64,000 nt of DNA from an uncultured Acidobacteriota bacterium (GCA_963770895.1 CAVYRF010000002.1:4288001-4352000), one strand, 5' to 3'. Positions 8,678-17,627 are shown, counted from the first letter of the stretch. Notes: a model not told the origin generated them from the letters alone. Numbers and translations: made by a program.

Positions 8678-11600
8678 TCAGGTCCAGGCGCCGAGCAGGT
8701 AGAAGGCGCCCCAGTCGCGGGGGTGTGGGTAGCGGCGGCGGATTTCGAGCTGGGCCTGGCGGAAGGCGTCGCGGCGGGTGGCTTGCTGGGCCAGGGCCTG
8801 GTAGAGCTCGACGAAGAAGGCGCAGGCCACGTCGCTGGCGGTTTCCCAGAGGGTGCCGACCAGGGTTTCGGCGCCGGCCAGGAGGAGGGCGGCGGGGAGG
8901 CCGCGCGGGTTGTCGGCGCGGTCGAAGCGGCCCAGGGCGGTTTCGCAGGCGCTCAGGGTGACCAGCTGCAGGCCGCGCAGGTCCTGGCGCAGCAGCTCGT
9001 GGGCGTGGAGCAGGCCGTCGGAGCCGGGCGCCGGCGTGACCACCAGGTATTGAAAGGCGGGGGCGTCGAGGTTGAGGGCGCCGTGGGTGGCGAGGTGGAC
9101 GCAGCGGGCCTGGCGCAGTCCGTCGAGCACCGCGGACTCGGTCACGGCGTCGTCCAGGATCGGCTGGCTGGCAAAGGCCTGGGCGACCAGCGTGGCCTCC
9201 GTGGCAACGTCGGGCAGCGGGTCCAGCTGGTAGGGATTGGAGCGCTGAAAGGTCAGGCCGTAGGCGGCGATCCCCTGGCGGGGCGCGGGGCCGGCCGCGG
9301 CTGGGCTGGCCGCGCCGGGGGGTTGCAGGAGCTCGATGGACGGCACCACGGTGACCGTCCATTCGTCGCCCAGCAGGCGGTTGTCGTCGAGGCCGAGCAG
9401 GTGGAGCGGTGCGTAGTGGAACGGTCCGTGGGGGACGACGATGAGGTGGTCGCAGCCTTGGCGGCGCAGCTGGTCCAGGGCGGTGCGCACGCTGCCGTGG
9501 AGAAAGAGGCTGCCGGCGATGGTCTGCTCGCGGCGCAAGGCGGCCGGGTCCAGAGTGTCGTCGAGGATGGCCTGGCGCAGGCGGAAGACGTCCGCGACGA
9601 AGGTGGAGGCGCGTTCGATGCGGTCTCCCTCCTTGAGATCGCACAGCAGGTCCAGGTCGCCCGGCACGGCGGACAGCCATTCTCCGGCGCGGGCGGCGAG
9701 CAGGGCGTAGATCGCTCGCTTGCCCTGCCATTCGCCCAGGTAGAGCTGCAACACGGCGGTGCGTGGGTCGAGGCCGCCGCGTAGCTCCTCCAGCGAAGAT
9801 GGCCGGGCCTCGGTCTGGCCGGCTCCTGCCAGCTGCCTTTCCAGCCGATCGTCGCAGCTGTGCTGGAGGTTGGTAAGGCGCTCCAGCGGTGTCCGTCCAG
9901 GCGCCGGACTGTCGGCGCGGGTGAAGGAGAGCAGGCGGATCTGGCTGTCGATGCGGCTTCCCGGCCCGGTTCCTTCGCCGGCGAGCGGCACGCTTTCGCG
10001 CAGCGCGGCGATCTGCAAGAGCAGGCCTTCGTCAGGCGTGGCCGCGGTCTGGCGGCGCGCGGGGTCCAGGCGGAGCACGGCACTGAAGCGTCGCGCCTTG
10101 GCGGCTTGCCAGGTGAGGTGGAGCAGGTTGGTGTCGACGGCGCCGGACATCTGGCGCTCGGTCAGCGCGTTGAGCAGGAGCTGGAGCAGCTCCACCGCAC
10201 GCGCTCCCAGCGCCTGGTCGAGCTGCAGGTCCAGGTCGAAGACGACGCCAAGGAAGGGAAGGAGCAGCGCGGCGTCGGCGCGCAGGCCGAGGCCGGCGAC
10301 GTAGCGCAGGTGCTCGTAGAGAAAATCGTCCAGGCCAAGCGCCAGTGCGCCGCGGAGCGCCTGGTGGTAGGCGTGGAGCGCCTGGCCGATGCGGCCGGCG
10401 CGAGCGGCGTCCACGCCGGCGCCGGACCAGAGCGACAGGCGCCAGAAGCGGATCGCCTCGGGCACCTGCGCCAGGAGTGCGGGCAGGGTCTGCTCGACGA
10501 TGTCGAGGAGCTTCAGACCCGCCGCTTCCTCGTCGCGCGCGGGGCAGTCGCGCACCAGCGCCAGCAGGGCGCCGGCGCAGCGTTCCGGGCTCCATCCCGC
10601 GGCCTGCGCCTGCTGGTTGAGGAGGCTCGCGGCGGCGAGGGTGCCCGGCGAATTGTCGACCGGCCCGTCGTAGAGCGTCGGCAGCCAGGCGGTGATCAGC
10701 GCGTTGTTGTAGCGGGCGAAGAGATTTGCATCGGCGGCGGTGGCAACCGCCGGGGCGGCGCGCTGGACCGTGGCGAGCGACAGCCGGGGGTCGATCGGGC
10801 GCAGCGCGTGCGACAGGTTGAGCAGGCTTTGCGCGGCGTCGCCCGCGCCGATGCGAGCGACGAGCGCTGCCAGCGGCACGCGCGCGGCGCGCTCCAGGAG
10901 CGCGCGATCCAGCGCCTGGCCCTGGCGCTGGGCGAGCGCCAAGAGGTAGGTGACGTCCGCGATGTCGGAGTCGGAGTCGGCGTCTGGATCCAGCAGCGGC
11001 AGCGCTTCGCGGATCGCCGCGGCGAGCTGGGCCGGCGGCGGCGTGCCCGCGGCGCGGGCGCCGCGTTCCAGGGCGTTGACCTGGCCGACCAGGGCGCGGC
11101 CGCGCTGGCGCCCCGCCGACAGCGCCGCCGCCCGGGCGAAGTGCTCGCCGGCGCAGCGCAGGGACTCTGCCGGTGGTGGATAGGGCGGCACTTCCGCCGC
11201 CGCCTGCCGGCCGCGCCGGTACCAGGCGTCGAGCACCGCCAGCCAGGCCGCGTCGTCGCCGCTGACCGGCGCCAGCAGCGGCTGGAGGTGAAGCCTTGCC
11301 AGCGCCAGGTGGGCACGTGCGGCGCGTGCGGTGTCGTGGGCCGCGAGCGCCCTGGCGAGCAGGCGGTCGCCGGCGGCGCGCGCCAGCTGGTAGCGGCGCC
11401 AGTCGGGCAGCGCGGGCAGCGCGGCGGTGACCTTGCGCATCCAGGCGGCGTCGGCCAGGTCCTGCGCCTGGCCGGTGGCGGCGGTGGCGGGCATGGCGGC
11501 GGCCGCCGTCACCAGCAGCTCGCCGAGGTCGAGTGCCGCGGTGGGGGCCGCGAGCTGATCGAGATGCGCCGCGGCGTGCGTCACGGCGGCGATATCGAGA

Positions 11601-11701
11601 GTGCCGGCGATCGGCTGCTGGGCGGCCAGCTCGCGCGCCACCGCCATGCTCAGCTCGCCGGAGGCCACGCGGGAGGCGAGCTCTGCGAGGGCAAACCTCA
11701 C
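8678..11701 (-). CDS. CHAT (caspase-like, clan CD) protease with long helical, TPR-like N-terminal region
   Basis: C-terminal CHAT motifs LIVVPHGPFHYAPLHLL, VHLATHG (His), LVTLSACET (Cys), LVGTLWE, HPRDWGAF; about 650 aa Ala/Leu-rich helical N-terminus. Confidence 0.88.
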   Translation of the reverse strand: MRFALAELASRVASGELSMAVARELAAQQPIAGTLDIAAVTHAAAHLDQLAAPTAALDLGELLVTAAAAMPATAATGQAQDLADAAWMRKVTAALPALPDWRRYQLARAAGDRLLARALAAHDTARAARAHLALARLHLQPLLAPVSGDDAAWLAVLDAWYRRGRQAAAEVPPYPPPAESLRCAGEHFARAAALSAGRQRGRALVGQVNALERGARAAGTPPPAQLAAAIREALPLLDPDADSDSDIADVTYLLALAQRQGQALDRALLERAARVPLAALVARIGAGDAAQSLLNLSHALRPIDPRLSLATVQRAAPAVATAADANLFARYNNALITAWLPTLYDGPVDNSPGTLAAASLLNQQAQAAGWSPERCAGALLALVRDCPARDEEAAGLKLLDIVEQTLPALLAQVPEAIRFWRLSLWSGAGVDAARAGRIGQALHAYHQALRGALALGLDDFLYEHLRYVAGLGLRADAALLLPFLGVVFDLDLQLDQALGARAVELLQLLLNALTERQMSGAVDTNLLHLTWQAAKARRFSAVLRLDPARRQTAATPDEGLLLQIAALRESVPLAGEGTGPGSRIDSQIRLLSFTRADSPAPGRTPLERLTNLQHSCDDRLERQLAGAGQTEARPSSLEELRGGLDPRTAVLQLYLGEWQGKRAIYALLAARAGEWLSAVPGDLDLLCDLKEGDRIERASTFVADVFRLRQAILDDTLDPAALRREQTIAGSLFLHGSVRTALDQLRRQGCDHLIVVPHGPFHYAPLHLLGLDDNRLLGDEWTVTVVPSIELLQPPGAASPAAAGPAPRQGIAAYGLTFQRSNPYQLDPLPDVATEATLVAQAFASQPILDDAVTESAVLDGLRQARCVHLATHGALNLDAPAFQYLVVTPAPGSDGLLHAHELLRQDLRGLQLVTLSACETALGRFDRADNPRGLPAALLLAGAETLVGTLWETASDVACAFFVELYQALAQQATRRDAFRQAQLEIRRRYPHPRDWGAFYLLGAWT

Positions 11702-13899
11702 GGCCGGGTGGCGGCCGATGTGCCGGCGGCCGGTGCGGTGTCAGCCGGTGCGGCGGCGGGGGGCGGCGCGAGCCGCGCGGTGACGTCGCCGAAGTAGAGG
11801 TAGGAGTAGAACGTCGGCGAGACGTCGCCGTACTTGTCGCGGATGGCGGACAGGACGGCCCCCACCGGCTCGCGGCGCGTCAGGATCCCGGCCATCAGGT
11901 CGCTGCTGACCGTGGCCGCGTCCTGGTCGTCGACCGCCCACAGCGGCGCGATGAAGCCGCCGAACTGGCGGCCCAGAAAGGCGTCCGCCCAGCCGCCCAC
12001 CGTGCCCAGGGCGCTGCCGGTCGCTCCCACTTCGCAGGCGTTGAAGAACACCAGCGTCCGGCAGGCCTTGCCGAGGCGGACCTCGGTGCGCGCCACCTCG
12101 CTGACGGCGAGCACGCCGTCTTCGAGGTCGATCGTCGAATTGTCGGCGGTCGACGCGGCGAAGGAGCCGTGGCCGGCAAAGTGGAGGACCGCCACGGGCT
12201 GGCCCGGAGAGCTGTTTTCCAGCAGGGCTCTGACCGCGGCCGTGGTGCCGGCGACGCGGGTGGCGCCGAATTGGGTCACCAGGCCGGCCGACTCCGCTTC
12301 GGCGCGCTGCAAGCCGCGGGCGGCGCTGGGGTAGTGCGGCGCGATGGTGAACAGGCCGCCGCCTGGCAGCTGATTGGGCATCCAGCCGTCGTAGCGCAGC
12401 AGCCACCTGGCCACCGAGTGCATGCGCGCGAGCGGCGGGTGGGTTTCGCTTTCGTCGCCGCGCGTCGGGCGCACCAGCTCCCACGGCAGGTGCGGCTCCG
12501 CGGTGAGGAACTGGATGGTGAGAGGCCGCCGGTAGTGGTCCCAGATCGCCCAATAGGCATCCCGGAACACGGCGGGCGTACGGTTCCAGAGCTGGCCGCC
12601 AAAGCCGTTGATCCTGTCCATGTGCTTGCCGCGTTCGAGGGCGGCGAACTGGGCGAACAGGGCGGCCGCTTCCGCGGCGGTGTCGCGGCCGAGGTCGGCG
12701 TAGCCGTCCAGCCGCGGCGGCAGGCCGTCAAAGCGCGTGGTGCGGAGCTGCCACCGCAGCTGGCCTGGGCTGGACGGGTCCTGGAGCGAGATGTAGACGG
12801 TGAGATCCGGTTCCTGGGCCGCGTATTCGACGGCGACCATGCCCACCGTTCCCACCGTTCCCACCGTCGCCAGCGTTCCCGGCCCGGCGGCCGCGGGGCC
12901 TTGCGGCGTCTCCTGCCGGTTTCCGGGAGGTGGCGTGGCAGGCGGCGAGGGCGCGGTCTGGGCGGGCGGCGCAGGGACCACCGTGAGCTGGCGCAGCGCG
13001 TCGCCGCAGAAGCGGTTGCCGGCGTAAAAGATCGCCTTGACGTCGAGCAGCGCGCCCGGCAGCAGTGCGCCGCGGACGCGGCCGGTGATGCGTGCCGGCA
13101 GCGACGCTCGGTTGCGGCGGATCGTCACCGTGCCGGCGCCGCCGTCGTCGAAATCGATGCCGGAGCAGATCAGGTTGACGGCAAGCGGCAGCGCGGTCCA
13201 ATCGGCCGGCAGCGCCGCGAGGCGCAGCGCGCCGCTGGCCGTCGCGGCGTCGGGGTGTTGCAGCAGGTCGACGGTGAGGGCGATCGGGCGCCCGGGTGCC
13301 GGGGGCGCGTCGGGTTCGATCGCCGGATAGCGGACCGGCGTGCTCCCTTCGTCCGCCGGGAGGCTGGGCTCTGACTCCGCGGGAGACTCCGCCAGCGCAG
13401 GCTGTGCCACGCCTCGCGGCAGCGGGCCGAAAGGCCGCAGCCACTGGTACTCCTGCGGCAGCTTGGAGCTTCTGTGGGTGGCCTGGCGCGGTTCCACGCC
13501 GGCGCCGCCAACCGCGGTGGGCAAGCCCCCCGGCTGGCTGCGCAGGACGTAGCGCCATACGCTGGGGAGGTCCTGGGAGCGGTCCGGACGCCACGAGACG
13601 TCGATCGCCGGCGGTGCCAGGCGATCCGCCAGGACCGTGCTCTGATGATGTTCGTGCAGGTCGAGCACCGCTGCCAGGTCGTTGGCATCGAGATCGGTCC
13701 GCGGCGCCAGGCGGCCGAGCCTGGCGCGCACCTCATCCGGTGTGAAGGCGTACAGATAGGGCGTGCCCCGACGCCGGATCACCACCCAGTGCGCCGTCGA
13801 GCTGAGGATCTTCTTGAGGGCGGTTGCCGCCGGCTGCTCGCCGTCGATGTAAAGGAGATCGCTGCTCCATTCGACGCTGGCCGGCGTTTGCAAGGTCAA
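11698..13899 (-). CDS. Second CHAT-domain protease with unknown N-terminal domain and central beta-rich domain
   Basis: EPHLPWEL, VLHFAGHG (His), LVFFNACEVG (Cys), FIAPLWAVDD, YLYFGD; TTG start 7 nt after the lipase stop; stop overlaps the next start (GTGA). Confidence 0.85.
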   Translation of the reverse strand: MTLQTPASVEWSSDLLYIDGEQPAATALKKILSSTAHWVVIRRRGTPYLYAFTPDEVRARLGRLAPRTDLDANDLAAVLDLHEHHQSTVLADRLAPPAIDVSWRPDRSQDLPSVWRYVLRSQPGGLPTAVGGAGVEPRQATHRSSKLPQEYQWLRPFGPLPRGVAQPALAESPAESEPSLPADEGSTPVRYPAIEPDAPPAPGRPIALTVDLLQHPDAATASGALRLAALPADWTALPLAVNLICSGIDFDDGGAGTVTIRRNRASLPARITGRVRGALLPGALLDVKAIFYAGNRFCGDALRQLTVVPAPPAQTAPSPPATPPPGNRQETPQGPAAAGPGTLATVGTVGTVGMVAVEYAAQEPDLTVYISLQDPSSPGQLRWQLRTTRFDGLPPRLDGYADLGRDTAAEAAALFAQFAALERGKHMDRINGFGGQLWNRTPAVFRDAYWAIWDHYRRPLTIQFLTAEPHLPWELVRPTRGDESETHPPLARMHSVARWLLRYDGWMPNQLPGGGLFTIAPHYPSAARGLQRAEAESAGLVTQFGATRVAGTTAAVRALLENSSPGQPVAVLHFAGHGSFAASTADNSTIDLEDGVLAVSEVARTEVRLGKACRTLVFFNACEVGATGSALGTVGGWADAFLGRQFGGFIAPLWAVDDQDAATVSSDLMAGILTRREPVGAVLSAIRDKYGDVSPTFYSYLYFGDVTARLAPPPAAAPADTAPAAGTSAATRP
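12842..12868. repeat. 9-bp tandem repeat (CCCACCGTT x3, last copy imperfect) encoding TVGTVGTVG
   Basis: Read directly at 12842, 12851 and 12860, in the linker before the CHAT domain. Confidence 0.8.
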
Positions 13900-13906
13900 G
13901 GCTCCG

Positions 13907-15277
13907 TCACGCGGCCCCGACCACCGCCAGGTCGGTGACCGGTGCCGCGCCTTGTGCGCTGACCTGCACGCGCCACACCCCGGCGGGCAGGTCGAACTCC
14001 CCCCGCTGCCAGCCGGTTTCGGCCTCGCGCCGCAGCTTTTCGACGAAGCTCTGGCCGGTGCCCGCGTGCGTCAGGGTGGCCACGATCTGCGGCGCGCCCC
14101 GGTCGGGCCTGGCACGCACCACGAGGGGATCGCCCGGCAGCGCGACGTCGTCCAGGTCGAGGGAGAGCGCCGCCGGCGGCGCCTCGCGGTACAGGGCGAA
14201 GTCGATCGTGTCGCGGGTGAGCAACCCCCGCAGATTGGCCAGGCAGCCATCGGAATTCTGCAGCGAGCCGTGGCATTCGGCGGCATAGATTTCGCGGAGG
14301 GCGTCGCTCAGCTCAAGCGGGGTGGCGGAGGCGCGCGGCACCGTGCCGTCGCCGCCCAGGTCCGCGCCGCCAAAGGCGCGCAGCAGCTCGACGGCGGAAC
14401 CCTGGGTGCGCGCCGTCTGATAGGTCGGCTGCTCGATGCCGACGATGGGGACCAGGGTGTAGCCGTGGTCGCGATAGTCACCCTTCTGTGCGTTGGCCGC
14501 CTGGTGTTGCTCGATCTCGGTATGGAAGGCGCGGGCCGCGTCGGCGCGTTGGCCGTCGACGTATGGCAGCTGGCCGGCCGCGGCCGCGACGCGGGCCAGC
14601 TGGGCGCCGCCGGTGTCGATGCAAGGGTAGGTGGGCAGCAGCTGGTAGACCGACGGCAGCGAGCGGAGCAGCGGGGTCAGGTCGAGGCCCCAGGGACCGA
14701 TCCCCTTCTTCATGCCGTGGACCAGAAAATCCAGCGCGTTGAGCGAGCCGCGATGCGGGGTGCCCAGGGTGATCAGCGTGCGTGTGACACGCCAGCCTTC
14801 CAGGCATTCCAGGAAGTGGCGGCAGATCAGCCCACCCATCGAGTGCGCGATCAGAACCAGCCTGGCATCGCTGTTGCCGGTGGCGTCGCGCCACCGGCGG
14901 AGATGATCCATCGCTTCCCTCTGCAGCCGTGCCGCGTGCACGCGATTGTCGAGCCGCCAGTCGTAGGGAAACGGAAAGAAATTCTGCCCGGGCGTGAGGC
15001 CGAGGTGCGCGATGAGCTCCTGCTGGATGCGCGTATAGCCGTCGATCTTGATCAAGCCCGGCACCAGCGTGACGTCCGGCATCAGGCGCGGCGCCGTGAT
15101 GCCATCGTCCTTGCCATCAGCGGGCAGCGCCAGCTGGTGAACGGAATCGCCGCCGCTGCTGGCCAGCCGCCAGATCGCTCCGGCGGACGTGCTCCACACC
15201 TCCTTGCCGTCGGCGCGCGCCAGGACGCTGCCGATGATGCCGGGCAGCAGAATGACGACGTCGCGAAAGGCTGCCAT
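13907..15277 (-). CDS. LCAT/PGAP1-like alpha/beta-hydrolase (lipase/acyltransferase) with C-terminal beta-rich extension
   Basis: VILLPGIIGS, FPYDWRL, nucleophile elbow IAHSMGG, LGTPHRGS, SVYQLLP, GDGTVP (Asp), ECHGSL (His). Confidence 0.88.
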   Translation of the reverse strand: MAAFRDVVILLPGIIGSVLARADGKEVWSTSAGAIWRLASSGGDSVHQLALPADGKDDGITAPRLMPDVTLVPGLIKIDGYTRIQQELIAHLGLTPGQNFFPFPYDWRLDNRVHAARLQREAMDHLRRWRDATGNSDARLVLIAHSMGGLICRHFLECLEGWRVTRTLITLGTPHRGSLNALDFLVHGMKKGIGPWGLDLTPLLRSLPSVYQLLPTYPCIDTGGAQLARVAAAAGQLPYVDGQRADAARAFHTEIEQHQAANAQKGDYRDHGYTLVPIVGIEQPTYQTARTQGSAVELLRAFGGADLGGDGTVPRASATPLELSDALREIYAAECHGSLQNSDGCLANLRGLLTRDTIDFALYREAPPAALSLDLDDVALPGDPLVVRARPDRGAPQIVATLTHAGTGQSFVEKLRREAETGWQRGEFDLPAGVWRVQVSAQGAAPVTDLAVVGAA

Positions 15278-15435
15278 AGGTCACTCTCAAGAAGATGAGA
15301 AGCTACTCTATGTCACCCGCCAAGAGGTGCGCAACGTGCCGGCGGCTCCGCCAACGGGGCCGGGTTGTGTCCTACGACTCTGTTGCGGTGAGGGGGACGG
15401 GGCGGCCGTGGCCCCGCCCGGGCAAAAGCGTGGGA

Positions 15436-15846
15436 TTAAGCCAGGGGACGCCAACCGATTGTTTCGCAGGGCACTCCGGAGGTTGAGTAGCCTTCGTTTT
15501 CGTTCTCCCTGATCTCCTCCCAACGCTGCCGTTCATTGTTCCACCAGCCTCTGCCCTCGGAATCGTTTGGGAACCGAGCTGCGTAACCACCCGATTGCTC
15601 CGGTCGATAGCTGGTCTGTACCCAGCCGGAGAGAACATCCGTAAGGCCTGGTCTGCCTAGACCATCAGGGCCGATGGTCTTCAGGTGACGGCGGGGTCCT
15701 ATGCACTGGAACACCTCTCTGGTGATCCGCATCAAGTCTCCTCCGCACGGCTCGGTAAGGCCGAGCGCCTCTCCCGGCAGTATCCTCTCTTCCCCTGGGC
15801 AGGCGCGTCCTTCGAAGCTCCTGTACTCGTCGTCGTACGATGGCAT
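15436..15846 (-). CDS. Hypothetical 136-aa protein
   Basis: AGGAAGGA about 8 nt before the ATG; lies in a visibly lower-GC patch; no recognisable family. Confidence 0.4.
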   Translation of the reverse strand: MPSYDDEYRSFEGRACPGEERILPGEALGLTEPCGGDLMRITREVFQCIGPRRHLKTIGPDGLGRPGLTDVLSGWVQTSYRPEQSGGYAARFPNDSEGRGWWNNERQRWEEIRENENEGYSTSGVPCETIGWRPLA

Positions 15847-16001
15847 TTGTCATTTCCTTCCTATCGTGAGTACTGGTACAAGGCTCACGTTGTAGAACCA
15901 GGGGGGACGCCCTTAACCAGCGCCGCGCCGCCCGGCAGGGCTGCTACCATAGCCGCCTCTGGCCGCGATGGCACAGAGCGTGTTGAGGAAAAGGAGGGGG
16001 C

Positions 16002-16220
16002 ATGAAGCGCAACAAGGGACACAAACTGGCCTTGCATCGCGAGACGCTGCACCTGTTGGAGCCGGCCGATCTCCGTGCCGCGGCGGGAAACATCACCACT
16101 CCGATCACGCCGCAGTGCACCGCCAGCTGCAACACCTGCGCCGGCAGCTGTGCGTTCAGCAACTGCTCGTGCGTCATCTCCGTCTGCCTCTGCAGCGTGC
16201 CCGTCGTGACCTGCGCCTGA
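16002..16220 (+). CDS. Cys/Ser/Thr-rich RiPP precursor-like peptide (72 aa)
   Basis: Strong RBS AGGAGG; leader with LALHRETLHLL (LxLxR-x5-L) ending AAAG; 43-aa putative core with 9 Cys, 6 Ser, 6 Thr. Confidence 0.8.
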   Translation: MKRNKGHKLALHRETLHLLEPADLRAAAGNITTPITPQCTASCNTCAGSCAFSNCSCVISVCLCSVPVVTCA

Positions 16221-16248
16221 AGCCGCGATCCCAGCCTAAATTCACATC

Positions 16249-16281
16249 CCGCGCCGCTCGCTCCGCCGGCGAGCGGCGCGG
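16249..16281 (+). terminator. 13-bp perfect stem-loop downstream of the Cys-rich precursor (terminator or mRNA stabiliser)
   Basis: CCGCGCCGCTCGC-tccgccg-GCGAGCGGCGCGG; possible outer stem GCGATCCC (16225-16232)/GGGATCGC (16286-16293); no U-tract. Confidence 0.55.
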
Positions 16282-16309
16282 TGCCGGGATCGCCCCCCGG
16301 AGCTGATCG

Positions 16310-17060
16310 ATGAAGCGCGCGATCGGCGCTAGAATCCGCGGCATGTCTCCCCTGGGGCGTGTCCTCTACTGCTTGCTGCTGCTCTGTCCGGCGCTGGCCT
16401 GTCGCGCCGCCACCGGCTCGGGGACGGATAGTGCGATCGGTCCGCTGCGCCCCGGCGATCATCGCATCGACCTGGACCACGGTGGACGGTCACGAACCTA
16501 CCTGGTGCATCTGCCGCCGGCTGCCGCGGCGGGAAAACCGCTGCCGCTGGTCCTCAACCTGCATGGCGCCGGCAGCAACGGGCAAGGCCAGCAGCGTTTT
16601 TCCGCCATGGACGAGCTTGCCGACCGGGCGGGATTCGTCGTCGTGTATCCCGACGGCACCGGCCGCTTCCGGCGGTTTCTCACTTGGAACGCCGGCACCT
16701 GCTGCGGCAGCGCGGCCCTGCAGCAGGTCGACGACGTGGGCTTCCTGGTTGCCGTCCTGGACGACTGCTTCCGCCGCACGCCGATCGATCGCCGGCGTGT
16801 CTACGCCACCGGCATGTCGAACGGCGCGATGATGGCTCACCGCCTGGCAGTGCAGGTGCCGGAGCGCTTCGCCGCCATCGCCCCGGTCGCCGGCGGCATG
16901 GTGTACCAGCGTTTCGGCGCCGGGCTGGCGGTGCCTGTCCTGCACATCCACAGCGTCGACGATCCCCTGGCGCTGTATGCCGCGCCTGCTCGGCGCCGAC
17001 ACCCTGGTGATCGACGCCAACCAGGTCATCTGGGATTTCGTCTCGCGCTTCCACCGCTGA
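16310..17060 (+). pseudogene. PHB-depolymerase/LpqC-family esterase with internal frameshifting deletion
   Basis: PLVLNLHGAG, VVVYPDG, WNAGTCCG, DDVGFL, TGMSNGAMMA, HIHSVDDP are present. The family-type C-terminus IDANQVIWDFVSRFHR* is in the +1 frame (16977-17060), and the intervening catalytic-His segment is missing. Confidence 0.7.
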
Positions 17061-17134
17061 GCGCACCACAACGACACTTTGATGACGGTAGAAGTATTGG
17101 CCGGCTACACTTGCCGCCGGCAAGGAGATCACGG

Positions 17135-17587
17135 ATGCCCAAGCTGCCGGAAGAGGATCGATTGGCCGGGGCGCTGAGCCGCCGCGAGGCGATGCAGACG
17201 ATGGCGGCACTGGGCACCCTGCTGGGCATCGGTCGCCTGGAATCGACGCCGCTGCAGGCAAGGAGAACGATCATGGACGTGACGACCACCAAGGACGCGG
17301 CCACGGCGACGCCAAAGGTTGCCAAACGGCGGCTTGCAAACGACCGCGTGCGGGTCCTGGAGCACATCAGCAATCCTGGCGACAAGGAAGAGTGGCACGC
17401 CCATCCGGCCATGGCCGTCTACGTGGTGAGCGGCGGCACCCTGCGCATCACCACGGCCGACGGCCAGACCAAGGACGTCGAATTCGTCACTGACGACGTC
17501 CTCTTCCGCGAGCCCACCACCCACACCACCGAAAATATCGGCAAAACACAGCTGCACGCCATCCTGGTCGAGCTGCTGAAACCGTAG
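17135..17587 (+). CDS. Cupin-domain protein (alternative start at 17273)
   Basis: NDRVRVLE...PGDKEEWHAHP, YVVSGG, THTTENIG cupin motifs; AAGGAG before both ATG 17135 (Tat-like SRREAM leader) and ATG 17273. Confidence 0.8.
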   Translation: MPKLPEEDRLAGALSRREAMQTMAALGTLLGIGRLESTPLQARRTIMDVTTTKDAATATPKVAKRRLANDRVRVLEHISNPGDKEEWHAHPAMAVYVVSGGTLRITTADGQTKDVEFVTDDVLFREPTTHTTENIGKTQLHAILVELLKP

Positions 17588-17627
17588 CGCTGCCTCCGCG
17601 GCGGCCGGGCGACAGCCGGCGGCCGGC

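Noticed and set aside
8678-13899. CHAT proteases as the missing lanthipeptide leader peptidases
   Set aside because: They form a separate coupled operon with a lipase, and I know of no precedent; only proximity supports the idea.
16310-17587. 425-aa esterase-cupin fusion as a genuine evolved protein
   Set aside because: The esterase C-terminus lies in another frame, the joining segment looks like translated intergenic DNA, and the cupin has its own RBS.
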